Below, piece by piece: positions 9,348-17,656 of a DNA stretch of 64,000 nucleotides. How positions within the stretch are numbered: the first letter of the stretch is position 1; each line of letters opens with the position of its first letter. The DNA is taken from positions 160,001 to 224,000 of the forward strand of contig CAWANJ010000003.1 of NCBI GenBank assembly GCA_963783385.1, in the 5' to 3' direction. A model generated the notes under the pieces. That model saw only the letters and a list, made by a program, of their open reading frames with translations, was not told where the DNA came from and did no database searches. This stretch comes from an uncultured Gemmatimonadales bacterium (GTDB lineage Bacteria; Gemmatimonadota; Gemmatimonadetes; Palauibacterales; Palauibacteraceae). The position numbers and the translations under genes were made by a program.

Positions 9348-10277
9348 ATGTTCACGTCGGTAGAGACCTGGTTCGAAGAGGCCGCACGCCAGGACGTCGA
9401 CCTGGCCGAGGCCGTCCTGCTCCGCGAGATGAAGGACACCGGCGCCGACCGCGACAGGATCCGGTCGCGGATCCGCGACGCGCTCGAGGTGATGGAGAAC
9501 GCCGTCGCCGAGGGGCTCGCCTCGGAGGCTCCCAGTCCCAGCGGGCTCACCGGCGGTCGGGCCCGGCGACTGGTGGCGGCCGGGCCGCGGCTCATGGGCG
9601 AGACGGTCACGACGATGTTGTCGCGCGCCATCGCGACGCTGGAGGTGAACGCGCGCATGGGCCTCATCGTGGCGGCGCCGACGGCCGGCGCGGCCGGCGT
9701 CGTGCCGGGCGTGCTGCTCACCATGCGCGAGGAGAGGGGCTGGTCGATGGACCGGCTGGTGGACGGGATGCTGGTGGCCGGCGGGGTCGGCGCGGTCATC
9801 GCGCAGAGGGCCTCGATCTCCGGTGCCGGCGGCGGTTGCCAGGCGGAGACCGGCAGCGCCGCCGCCATGTCGGCCGCGGCGGTGACCTACCTCGAAGGGG
9901 GCGACCCCGAAAAGGTGGGTACGGCGATCTCCTTGACGCTGCAGGGGATGCTGGGCCTCATCTGCGATCCGATCGCCGGACTGGTCGAGATTCCGTGCGC
10001 CTACCGCAACGCCAGCGCGGCGGTGCAGGCGGTGGCCTGCGCCGAGATGGCGCTCGCCGGACTTGACTTTCCGGTCATGCCCGACGAGGTCATCGACGTC
10101 ATGGGCGAGGTGGGCAGGAAGATGGACGTGCGTTATCGTGAGACCGCGCTCGGGGGCCTGGCCGCGACGCCCAGCGGTCAGAGGATCGCCCGACAGGCGG
10201 GCATGCCGGAGCTCGTGCAGCTCCAGCGGAGCGGGAGAGCGAAGGGCGAAGAGTCGGCCCGGTTCGGGCCGTCGTGA
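9348..10277 (+). CDS. sdaAA: L-serine dehydratase, Fe-S dependent, alpha subunit
   Basis: IVAAPTAGAAG, GGCQAE, LGLICDPIAGLVEIPC and YRETALGGLA. Confidence 0.95.
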   Translation: MFTSVETWFEEAARQDVDLAEAVLLREMKDTGADRDRIRSRIRDALEVMENAVAEGLASEAPSPSGLTGGRARRLVAAGPRLMGETVTTMLSRAIATLEVNARMGLIVAAPTAGAAGVVPGVLLTMREERGWSMDRLVDGMLVAGGVGAVIAQRASISGAGGGCQAETGSAAAMSAAAVTYLEGGDPEKVGTAISLTLQGMLGLICDPIAGLVEIPCAYRNASAAVQAVACAEMALAGLDFPVMPDEVIDVMGEVGRKMDVRYRETALGGLAATPSGQRIARQAGMPELVQLQRSGRAKGEESARFGPS

Positions 10278-10305
10278 GTGGAACGATAGAACTGTGGAGA
10301 GCCGG

Positions 10306-10476
10306 ATGACGGCGTTGTGGCTGTTGCTGTTGGCCTCGGTCGTAGTGGGGCTGGTCGTGGGAATCCTGGCCAAGCTGCCCCCCAGGCAGCTGGTGGCCGA
10401 GGTCGTGGTCATGTGCCTCCTGGCCCTGACCTACTACGGGCTCGTGGCCCTGGGCGGGGTGTCGCAGGGAGGCTGA
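10306..10476 (+). CDS. Small two-TM membrane protein (56 aa), unknown function
   Basis: GGAG RBS, then MTALWLLLLASVVVGLVVGILAK...CLLALTYYGLVALGG, with high-GC3 codon usage. Confidence 0.6.
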   Translation: MTALWLLLLASVVVGLVVGILAKLPPRQLVAEVVVMCLLALTYYGLVALGGVSQGG

Positions 10477-10512
10477 GCCCGGATCGGGCTCGCGCCCGCC
10501 GGAGGACGGGCC

Positions 10513-11085
10513 TCAGTCGCTGCCCCGCCGCCGCTCTCTCCTCCGCTTCGCCAGCTCCAGGCGCGCGCGCCGCCGTTCTTCGGCGTCGTGGTGCCGTTGC
10601 CATTCCTCCGGCGTCTCCAGGCGCAGGAGGGGCACGGGCGCCGGCTCACCCTCGTCGTCGATGGCCACCATGGTGACGTAGCACGAGTTCGTATGGCGCT
10701 CCGCCCCCCCGGCCACCGACTCCGCCACCACCTGCACGCCCACCTCCAGCGAGGTCCGACCCACCGAGTTCACCGACGCCCTCAGCGTGACGATCTCCCC
10801 GATTCGGATCGGGGTCCGGAAGTCGACCTGGTCGACGCTGACCGTCACGCACGGACGGCCCGCATGCCGGGTCGAGCACACGTAGGCGATCTTGTCGACG
10901 GCCGCCAGCACGATCCCGCCGAACACGGACCCGAACAGGTTGGCGTCCTGGGGGCCCATGAGCTGGGTCATCGTGACCCTGGATGCGGACACGCTCTTCA
11001 CGGCGTCGAGGTTCGAGCGACCCACCACCGCGGGGAGATCCGGAATGCCGCCCACCGGCCCGTCGACGCCCTTCGTCAGGCTCAC
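10513..11085 (-). CDS. Acyl-CoA thioesterase (hotdog fold, YciA-like)
   Basis: MGPQDANLFGSVFGG...VTVSVDQVDFRTPI...GRTSLEVGV...TMVAID. Start uncertain: GTG 11085 (coupled to the upstream stop) or GTG 11001. Confidence 0.88.
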   Translation of the reverse strand: MSLTKGVDGPVGGIPDLPAVVGRSNLDAVKSVSASRVTMTQLMGPQDANLFGSVFGGIVLAAVDKIAYVCSTRHAGRPCVTVSVDQVDFRTPIRIGEIVTLRASVNSVGRTSLEVGVQVVAESVAGGAERHTNSCYVTMVAIDDEGEPAPVPLLRLETPEEWQRHHDAEERRRARLELAKRRRERRRGSD

Positions 11086-11627
11086 GGCGAGCGGCCCCCT
11101 GTCGAGTCGGACGCCGCGCCAGGCGCCGCCGGCGCGGACGGCGAGCCCGCGGGGGCGGCGGCTCCGGCGTCGGCGCGGCCGGCCGCCGGCCGGGCGCGCT
11201 CGTCCGCGCCATGGGCGATCCGGCCGCCCATGAAGCCGGTGACGCCCGCCAGACAGGCGGTCAGGACCCCGACCATGAGCACGAAGCGGCGCAGGCGGCC
11301 GTCGTCGGGCTGGCGGAGCGAGAACGCCGCGAACACGCCATCGGCGAGGACCGCGAGGAGGGTCCAGGTGGCCCACGTCCGGTGCGTCTCGATGAGTCCC
11401 GGAGTCACGAAAGTGCGCTGCGACACCACGTCGCCGGCCGCGATCCCGCTGTAGTAGGTCGGGAGGACGACGAGCCCGGCCAGGAAGAGGCTCGTGACCC
11501 CGTAGCGCTCCCAGCTCGGCCGGTCCAGGATCCATCCCGCGAGTCCCACGGCCATGCCGACCACGGAGAGCACGATGGGGAAGGGGTTGAGGACGAGGTG
11601 GACGTACTTCCAGGTCAGAGCGGGCAA
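11082..11627 (-). CDS. DUF2231-like four-TM membrane protein
   Basis: HLVLNPFPIV at the N-terminus, IETH mid-protein His and C-terminal TGFMGGRIAH. TTG start after a GGAGG RBS. Confidence 0.7.
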   Translation of the reverse strand: MPALTWKYVHLVLNPFPIVLSVVGMAVGLAGWILDRPSWERYGVTSLFLAGLVVLPTYYSGIAAGDVVSQRTFVTPGLIETHRTWATWTLLAVLADGVFAAFSLRQPDDGRLRRFVLMVGVLTACLAGVTGFMGGRIAHGADERARPAAGRADAGAAAPAGSPSAPAAPGAASDSTGGRSP

Positions 11628-11747
11628 CCTCGGGCGCCTCCATCGAGCGTATGTGCCGAGCGGTCCCGGCAAGATAACCGGCCCGGCGCGCCGGAACACT
11701 GTGGCCGGCGGCGGGTTCATCCTCTCGACGCGGGCTGGGTCCGGGGC

Positions 11748-11775
11748 TTGACAGCCTCGACGGCCCGTTTACAAT
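11748..11775 (+). promoter_or_regulatory. Sigma70-type promoter of tRNA-Glu
   Basis: TTGACA (11748-11753), 16 nt spacer, TACAAT (11770-11775), about 20 nt upstream of the tRNA. Confidence 0.85.
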
Positions 11776-11794
11776 TAGGGCCCGCACGCGACAG

Positions 11795-11867
11795 GCCCCC
11801 TTCGTCTAGTGGCCCAGGATACCTGGTTCTCAGCCAGGAGACAGGGGTTCGACTCCCCTAGGGGGTA
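11795..11867 (+). tRNA. tRNA-Glu (anticodon CTC), CCA not encoded
   Basis: Acceptor stem GCCCCCT/AGGGGGT, D-arm with TAGTGG, anticodon arm CCTGG-TTCTCAG-CCAGG and T-arm AGGGG-TTCGACT-CCCCT. Confidence 0.97.
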
Positions 11868-11872
11868 TGACG

Positions 11873-11900
11873 AGAGCCGCCGGAGATCCGGCGGCTCTTC
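11873..11900. terminator. Hairpin, probably a bidirectional terminator between the tRNA and the convergent TPR gene
   Basis: Perfect 11-bp stem AGAGCCGCCGG / CCGGCGGCTCT with a 4-nt loop. Confidence 0.7.
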
Positions 11901-11982
11901 GGGCATCCGGCCAGGTCGTGCCTCGCCATCGTCGCCCGGCACCGCGGGGCCGGCTCGAGGCTGCCGGCGCTTCGCCGGAGTC

Positions 11983-13659
11983 TCAGTCGAGGCTGGCCAG
12001 GAGCGCCTGGAAGCGTGGGTGTCCGTGCAGCGGCTCCAGATCGCTGTCGGTCTCGATCCAGGCCCGGTCGCCCCACCCCAGCTCCACCGCTCGCTCCAGC
12101 AGGTCGATCGAGCGCTCGCAATCTCCCAGCATGGCGTAGAAGCAGGCCACGTTATAGAGCACGACGGGCTCGTCCTGGTCCTGCTTGAGGGCCCGTTCGG
12201 CCAGCTCTCTCGCCTTCTCCTTCTCGCCGACGCGGGCCAGGTTGGTGGCGCCGAAGTACAGGGCGCGGGTGTCGTGCGGATTGAGCTTGAGGTGCCGCTC
12301 GATGACGTTCAGCACCCCCAGGCGCACCTTCATCTCGTCCTGCCGCCGGCCGAGAGAGTGGTAGGCCTGCGCCAGGAAGATCGGCGACTGGAAATCGTCC
12401 GGGTTGATCTCGGAGGCCTTCCTGTACATGCGGGCCGCTCCCTCGAAATCCCCCCTCGAGGAGGAGGCGAGCCCGTCGTAGTACCAGGCCTCGAACAGGT
12501 TGGGGTCGAGCTCGCGGGCCACCTCGAACTCTCGTCCGGCCTCCTCGTGTCGGTCGCTGATGTACAGCGCCAGGCCCCGCGAGGCGTGCGCCTCCGCCGA
12601 ATCCGGGTCCAGCGCTGCCGCCTGCTCGCTGGCGCGCGCGGCCCTGTCCGCGTTGTCGTGGGTGGCCTCCACGTACCGGTACAGGTGCGAGTAGGCGTCC
12701 GCCATTCCGGCATAGGCGAGCGCGAACTTGGAGTCCAGGGCGATGGCCTGCTCGAACATGCGGATGGCGTGCTCGTAGTCGCGGCGCGCCATCGAGTACA
12801 TGTACTTGCGGCCGCGCAGGTAGTAGTCGTAGGCCTCTGGATCCGAGGTCGCGACGAACTGAAGCGAGCGGCGCTCCTTCGGGGTGAGGGTCACCTGCAG
12901 CGCCCGGACGATGCTCTGGGCGATGTCGTCCTGGATCGCGAACACGTCCTTCATCTCGCGGTCGTAAGTCTCGGACCACAGGTGCGAGTCCGTGGCCGCG
13001 TCGATGAGCTGGGCGGTGATCCGGACGCGGTCGCCGGCCCGGCGGACGCTGCCCTCCAGCACCGTGCCGACCCCGAGCTCGCGGGCGACCGTGGGAATGC
13101 TCACCTGCTTGCCCTTGAAATTGAACGCGGAGGTGCGCGAGGCGACCTTCAGCTGCGGCAGCTTGCTGAGCAGGTTCAGGATCTCCTCGGAGATCCCGTC
13201 GCTGAAGTACTCGTTGTCCGCATCGCCGCTCATGTTGACGAAGGGAAGCACGGCGATCCCACGCCGGTCCTGCTCGTGCGCGTCAGGCCGCGATCCGGTG
13301 GGCCGGTCGTCCGGAGCGGCGGGTGGACGTCCCGGGGTCGCTCGCCCCGCCGCCGCGGCGACTTCGGCGGCCGGCGTCGCTCCGCCCGCCGGCCCGGCGA
13401 CCGCCGTGCGCTCCACGCCCCGCGGGCCCATGTCGAACATCCAGCCCATGATGACGGCGAGCGGGAATCCGAGGACGACCAGCGCTATGACCAGCGTGAC
13501 CGTCCAGTTCGGGAGCTTGAGACCCGGCAGCATGGTCGAGGCGACCTGGATCACGATCCAGCCGGCGAGCGCGTACACGATCGCCACGCGGAACACACGA
13601 CGACGCCGGAGCTCCGCGACCAGTCTCGACATCATGGATCCGGCGGTCGGTTGGGTCAT
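11983..13659 (-). CDS. Membrane-anchored TolB-like + TPR repeat protein
   Basis: N-terminal ELRRRRVFRVAIVY plus 2 TM, IAVLPFVNMS...YFSDGISEEILN TolB-like domain, multiple TPRs and C-terminal DSDLEPLHGHPRF. Confidence 0.85.
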   Translation of the reverse strand: MTQPTAGSMMSRLVAELRRRRVFRVAIVYALAGWIVIQVASTMLPGLKLPNWTVTLVIALVVLGFPLAVIMGWMFDMGPRGVERTAVAGPAGGATPAAEVAAAAGRATPGRPPAAPDDRPTGSRPDAHEQDRRGIAVLPFVNMSGDADNEYFSDGISEEILNLLSKLPQLKVASRTSAFNFKGKQVSIPTVARELGVGTVLEGSVRRAGDRVRITAQLIDAATDSHLWSETYDREMKDVFAIQDDIAQSIVRALQVTLTPKERRSLQFVATSDPEAYDYYLRGRKYMYSMARRDYEHAIRMFEQAIALDSKFALAYAGMADAYSHLYRYVEATHDNADRAARASEQAAALDPDSAEAHASRGLALYISDRHEEAGREFEVARELDPNLFEAWYYDGLASSSRGDFEGAARMYRKASEINPDDFQSPIFLAQAYHSLGRRQDEMKVRLGVLNVIERHLKLNPHDTRALYFGATNLARVGEKEKARELAERALKQDQDEPVVLYNVACFYAMLGDCERSIDLLERAVELGWGDRAWIETDSDLEPLHGHPRFQALLASLD

Positions 13660-13880
13660 GAGATCTCCCGACGATGTTGCACTCGGCGAGCGCCCTCGGG
13701 GAGCGGGCGCCGCGACCACCACGGTCCAGCCGTGCGCCGGACCGCCGCGCGTTCCGGGGGTGGCCTCGACGCCCGAAGTGCCGGTGGCGGCCGGAACTGG
13801 CAAGCTAGCGACCGGTATCGATCCCGGCCACAACTCCGGCGACCCCGGCCGCCCTGTCCCTTCATAGAGTCAGGCGCCAT

Positions 13881-14117
13881 ATGTCCGCACCGGACCTGGA
13901 TCCGGACGTGGCGTCGCGCGTCGAGGAGACGCCGGAGCTGGAGCTGATGGCGCCGGTGAAGCTGAATATCGTCTGCTTCCGCTACCGCTGCGAGGACGTG
14001 GTCATCCGCGCGGCCCTGTTCAACCACAGGACCTGTCGGGCCGACGTCGACGCACTGGTCGAGCAGGCCGTGGCGACGGGAGCGGAGCTGGACGGAGGGG
14101 CCGCGCCCGACGCGTAA
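13881..14117 (+). pseudogene. Remnant of the C-terminus of a group II PLP-dependent (aromatic amino acid-type) decarboxylase
   Basis: ELELMAPVKLNIVCFRY is joined almost directly to VIRAALFNHRT..DVDALV. The catalytic PLP-binding body is missing. Confidence 0.65.
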
Positions 14118-14210
14118 GGAGCCGTGCTCCGGACAGCGTCGCGGGGGCCGGTGAACCGGGGGCGGAGGCCCTCGACGGGCCCCCGCTCGCCGGAGGATGT
14201 GGATGGGCGA

Positions 14211-14981
14211 CTACGGCCGCGCGAGCACGATGTCCCACATATAGTCCGTGTGCCCGTCGCACACGGTGGCCACCGCGGCGCTGATCTGAGGATACTTCGC
14301 CTGTGTCTCCGCGATGATCGAATCACGCGCTGCGAGGACCGAGGCGAAGCTGGGCCCGTCCATGGCCAGCAGCCGCCGGTACTTGCCCCCCACGAAGTGG
14401 CTGTACCAGCCCCACGAGTGGAGCCTGCCCGCCTTCACCTGCTTGTCGTAGATGGGTGCGTACAGCGTCTTCATCACCTCGTCGGAGAGACCCTCGGTGG
14501 CCTCGTGGCAAACCTGGTAGGTCGAGAAGCCGAAAGCGGGCCGGGCTGCCGCGACGTCCGTGGCGGGCTGGGAGGCGGCCACGTACGTCCAGATGTAGTC
14601 GTCGTGCGAGGGGCAGATGGACAGGAACTCATTGGTTTCCTTGGGATGGCTCGCGGTCAGCTCGGTGGTGATCGAGTCCCGCGCCGCTTCCAGGGCACCC
14701 AGGTCGCTCCCGACGTAGTAGATTCCGCGGCGCCAGGGGCCGCCGATGTGGTGGGCGAGGATGCCCCAGGCCGAGATCTGGCCGGCGGCCACGTGCTTCT
14801 GCACGATCGGCGCGACGACCGTCTGCATGAGCTCGGTGGCGCGCGGCTCGCGGCTCTGGTCGCAGCGGTAGTAGGTGGCGCTGATGTACGACGTCGGCTC
14901 GTCCTGCTGCTGCGCCGCGACCGGCTTGGGCCCGAGGAGGGGCAGGGCGAGCAGGGCGAGCCCGGGAATGAGGTGCTTCAT
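14211..14981 (-). CDS. Secreted protein with two tandem ~100-aa homologous domains, unknown function
   Basis: GGAGG RBS and signal peptide MKHLIPGLALLALPLLGPKPVAA. Both halves show TY..C...AG....WG...H..GG..RR...AARDSI...C..H.DY.W. Confidence 0.85.
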   Translation of the reverse strand: MKHLIPGLALLALPLLGPKPVAAQQQDEPTSYISATYYRCDQSREPRATELMQTVVAPIVQKHVAAGQISAWGILAHHIGGPWRRGIYYVGSDLGALEAARDSITTELTASHPKETNEFLSICPSHDDYIWTYVAASQPATDVAAARPAFGFSTYQVCHEATEGLSDEVMKTLYAPIYDKQVKAGRLHSWGWYSHFVGGKYRRLLAMDGPSFASVLAARDSIIAETQAKYPQISAAVATVCDGHTDYMWDIVLARP

Positions 14982-15136
14982 CGAGTGACCTCCAGGTGGA
15001 TGGCCCCTCGCGCGCCCGACGACCGGCCGGATCCACGGGGACCGCGGACCCGGGAACGGGCGGCGGCGGGGCGTGGTCCCGGTCCGAGCTTTGGCTGATG
15101 AGCCGACCGCCACAGGCGGCCGCGACGCGGCAAGGA

Positions 15137-15173
15137 TTAGGGCAATCTAAGTCCGCTCGGCGCCCCTGGAAAG
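15137..15173 (-). promoter_or_regulatory. Putative promoter (TTTCCA-17-TAGATT) overlapped by a TTAG-N6-CTAA palindrome
   Basis: AT-rich TTAGGGCAATCTAA at 15137-15150 in a GC-rich context, about 160 bp upstream of the secreted repeat protein. Confidence 0.45.
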
Positions 15174-15217
15174 CCCGGAAGTTCGGGCGCGCGGGGCGCC
15201 CGGATCCGGAAGACAGG

Positions 15218-16687
15218 TCACGCCTCCACCGCCGTGCTCCGCTTGCAGCGCACGTAGTCGGACACGTGCTCGCCGTAGCGTTCCACGAACGGCTGCAGGT
15301 GGTCCGTGCCCCGCACGATCCCGCGGCACGCGTCCGATCCGCAGGCGCATGCGAAGGCGGGCATGCGCTCGTTGTAGAAGGTGGCGTAGTCGAGCGTGAT
15401 CTCGTCACCCGGGGCCAGGGACCGCCGCGCCACGACGTCCAGCCCCTCCAGCCACGCGCTCGGGTCGCACGAGTGGTTCACCGGCTTCCACTCCTCCGGG
15501 TCCTCGCTCCAGATGACCCAGGTCTCCTCGGTCAACGGCCAGGCGTAGCGGTCGAACCAGGAGCGGCGGAGCTCGTCCCAGGATGCCTCCACCCGGGAGA
15601 GCGACACGAGGTTGTGGGCCCGCTCCTCGAACGCCAGGACGCGGTCGCCCGGCCGCAGCGGCCGCGTGGCGTGAAGTCCGTAACCGCCGTCCGGGTGGGT
15701 GCGGACCTCCCACTTCCGCAGCCGGCGGGCGTGCCGGGCCAGCGCCGCGCGCACGATCTGGCGGGTGAAGCCTTCGTGGCCGGCCGGATCGTGCGTGAGG
15801 CTCAGGTCGGCGCTTCCGGCGTCCTCGGGCCGGTAGTAGAGTCCGCAGTTGGCGTTGATCTCGAGCATGTAGCGGCGCCCGTCCGCGGCCACCCGCACGT
15901 CGCAGCGGCCGTAGCCCGAGCCGTGGAGCCCGCGGAAGAAGGCCGCCCCATCGGCGCGCAGTCCGGCTTCCAGTTCGGGGTCCGAGACCGGCAGGTCCCG
16001 CATCTCGCGGTAGTCGACCCACTTCATGTCGGCGTGCTTGAAGGTCTCCCCGTCCGGGAAGCGGTACTCGATGGGCTTGTAGGTGGTCGGGTCGTGCGGC
16101 GCGTCCGGGTTCTCGGCCACCAGGACCGTGCACTCGATGCCCTCGATGAACTCCTCGATCAGCGCCCCTGCGTAGCTGTCGAGCATGCGGCGGGCCTGCT
16201 CGCGGAGCGCCGAGGGCGTCGCCACCCGGGAGGCGCGGGTGAGCCCGAGGCTGGCGTAGCTGCTCGGGTGCTTGACGATGAGCGGGAAGCGGAGCGTCTC
16301 GGCCGCGCGTTCCACGTCCGCCGTCTCGCGGGCCATGACGTAGTCCGGCGTGTCGATCCCCCAGGCCCGGCAGACCCGCTTCATGGCCTCACGCGAGGGC
16401 TCGTAGAAGTCCGACGCCGCGCCGGTGAACGGGAGGCCGAGCCGCTCGAGGGCCTGTACGACCTGGATGCCTGGCGTGTCTTCGTCCCAGGCTCCGTCGC
16501 ACAGGTTGAAATAGAGGTCGTATCCCCTGCGCGACAGCTGCTCCACCTGGTGGACGGCCGTCGCCTTCTCGAGCACGGCCACGTCCCAGCTCACCTCCGG
16601 CAGGTAGGGGCGCGGGTCGCACGGCCAGTCGTCCTCCGGGAAATCGTACGAGTCAATGTCCTGGTTCGTGAGCAGGCAGACGCGCAT
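15218..16687 (-). CDS. D-Ala-D-Ala-ligase-like ATP-grasp domain fused to a SET/post-SET methyltransferase domain
   Basis: ATP-grasp motifs FNLCDG, LGLPFTGA, PLIVKHP, IEEFIEG, GYGRCDVR and LEINANCG. SET motifs GYGLHA, NHSCDP and EITLDY. Post-SET CACGSDAC. Confidence 0.9.
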   Translation of the reverse strand: MRVCLLTNQDIDSYDFPEDDWPCDPRPYLPEVSWDVAVLEKATAVHQVEQLSRRGYDLYFNLCDGAWDEDTPGIQVVQALERLGLPFTGAASDFYEPSREAMKRVCRAWGIDTPDYVMARETADVERAAETLRFPLIVKHPSSYASLGLTRASRVATPSALREQARRMLDSYAGALIEEFIEGIECTVLVAENPDAPHDPTTYKPIEYRFPDGETFKHADMKWVDYREMRDLPVSDPELEAGLRADGAAFFRGLHGSGYGRCDVRVAADGRRYMLEINANCGLYYRPEDAGSADLSLTHDPAGHEGFTRQIVRAALARHARRLRKWEVRTHPDGGYGLHATRPLRPGDRVLAFEERAHNLVSLSRVEASWDELRRSWFDRYAWPLTEETWVIWSEDPEEWKPVNHSCDPSAWLEGLDVVARRSLAPGDEITLDYATFYNERMPAFACACGSDACRGIVRGTDHLQPFVERYGEHVSDYVRCKRSTAVEA

Positions 16688-16726
16688 GGTCACCTGCCGG
16701 AAGACCGTTGAAGGACGGGGCCCCTG

Positions 16727-17641
16727 CTACAGCCCATCCGCGAACGCCTCCATGCGCCGGCGGAGCGCCCGATCGGGAAGGGAGCCCAGGGCCGCGCCGA
16801 GGTTGTCGGTCACGTGCTCGGGGTTGGTCGTCCCCGGGATCGCGCAGGTGATCGCCGGGTGGGACACCACGTACTTCAGAAAGACCTGCGCCCAGCTGGT
16901 GCAGCCCAGCGCGGTCGCCCAGTCAGGCAGTGGCCGCTCGCCGACGGCCCGGAACAGCCGGCCGCGGCCGAAGGGGAGGTTGACGAGGACCGCCATGCCG
17001 CGGTCGCGGGCCAGGGGCAGGATGCGCTCGGCGGCAGCGCGGTTGTCCAGCGCGTAATCGACCTGGATGAAGTCCAGGGTCTCCTTCTCCATCACGTCCA
17101 CCAGCGCGGCGTGCTGGCGCGAGAACGAGGTCGTGACGCCCAGGTAGCGGATCTTCCCGGCCTTCTTCCACTCGCGCAGCGTGGGGAGCTGGGTCTCCCA
17201 GTCCCGGAGATTGTGGACCTGCATGAGGTCCAGGTGATCGGTGCCGAGCGCCTTCAGCGAGTCCTCCATGCGCAGGACGCCGGCCTCCTTGCCCTGCCGG
17301 TCCACCTTGGTGGCCAGGAAGAGCTCCTTCCGGATTCCGAGCTCCCCGATGAGCTTGCCGAGGACATCCTCCGAGTTGCCGTACGAGGGCGCGGTGTCGA
17401 CCACCTGGCCCCCGCCCCGGGCGAAGGCCTGGAGCGTAGTGCGGAACGGGGTGAGGTCCCCGGCCAGGTCCGCGCGGTAATCGCGCGTTCCGAGTCCCAC
17501 GACGGGCACGGCTTCGCCGCTGGAGGGGATCTTCTTCGTGATGAGTTCGGGTGCGGGCCTCCTACCGGGTCTCCACCCCAGCGTCATGGCGAGGCTCGCG
17601 CCGGCTCCGAGCTCCAGGAACTCGCGTCGGGTCAGCTTCAT
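16727..17641 (-). CDS. Aldo/keto reductase with a twin-arginine-like N-terminus
   Basis: MKLTRREFL, GLGT, DTAPSYG, ATKV, DLMQVHNL and IPGT. Confidence 0.92.
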   Translation of the reverse strand: MKLTRREFLELGAGASLAMTLGWRPGRRPAPELITKKIPSSGEAVPVVGLGTRDYRADLAGDLTPFRTTLQAFARGGGQVVDTAPSYGNSEDVLGKLIGELGIRKELFLATKVDRQGKEAGVLRMEDSLKALGTDHLDLMQVHNLRDWETQLPTLREWKKAGKIRYLGVTTSFSRQHAALVDVMEKETLDFIQVDYALDNRAAAERILPLARDRGMAVLVNLPFGRGRLFRAVGERPLPDWATALGCTSWAQVFLKYVVSHPAITCAIPGTTNPEHVTDNLGAALGSLPDRALRRRMEAFADGL

Positions 17642-17656
17642 GGCGACCTCCTCGGG

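Noticed and set aside
15090-15135. CTGATGA followed by a GCCG...CGGC stem, resembling a hammerhead ribozyme core
   Set aside because: The required GAAA after stem II is absent (AAGG instead), and no convincing stems I/III were found.
15218-16687. Calling the ATP-grasp gene ddl
   Set aside because: It lacks the Ddl GGxSxE and LHG motifs, is fused to SET and is not in a cell-wall gene cluster.
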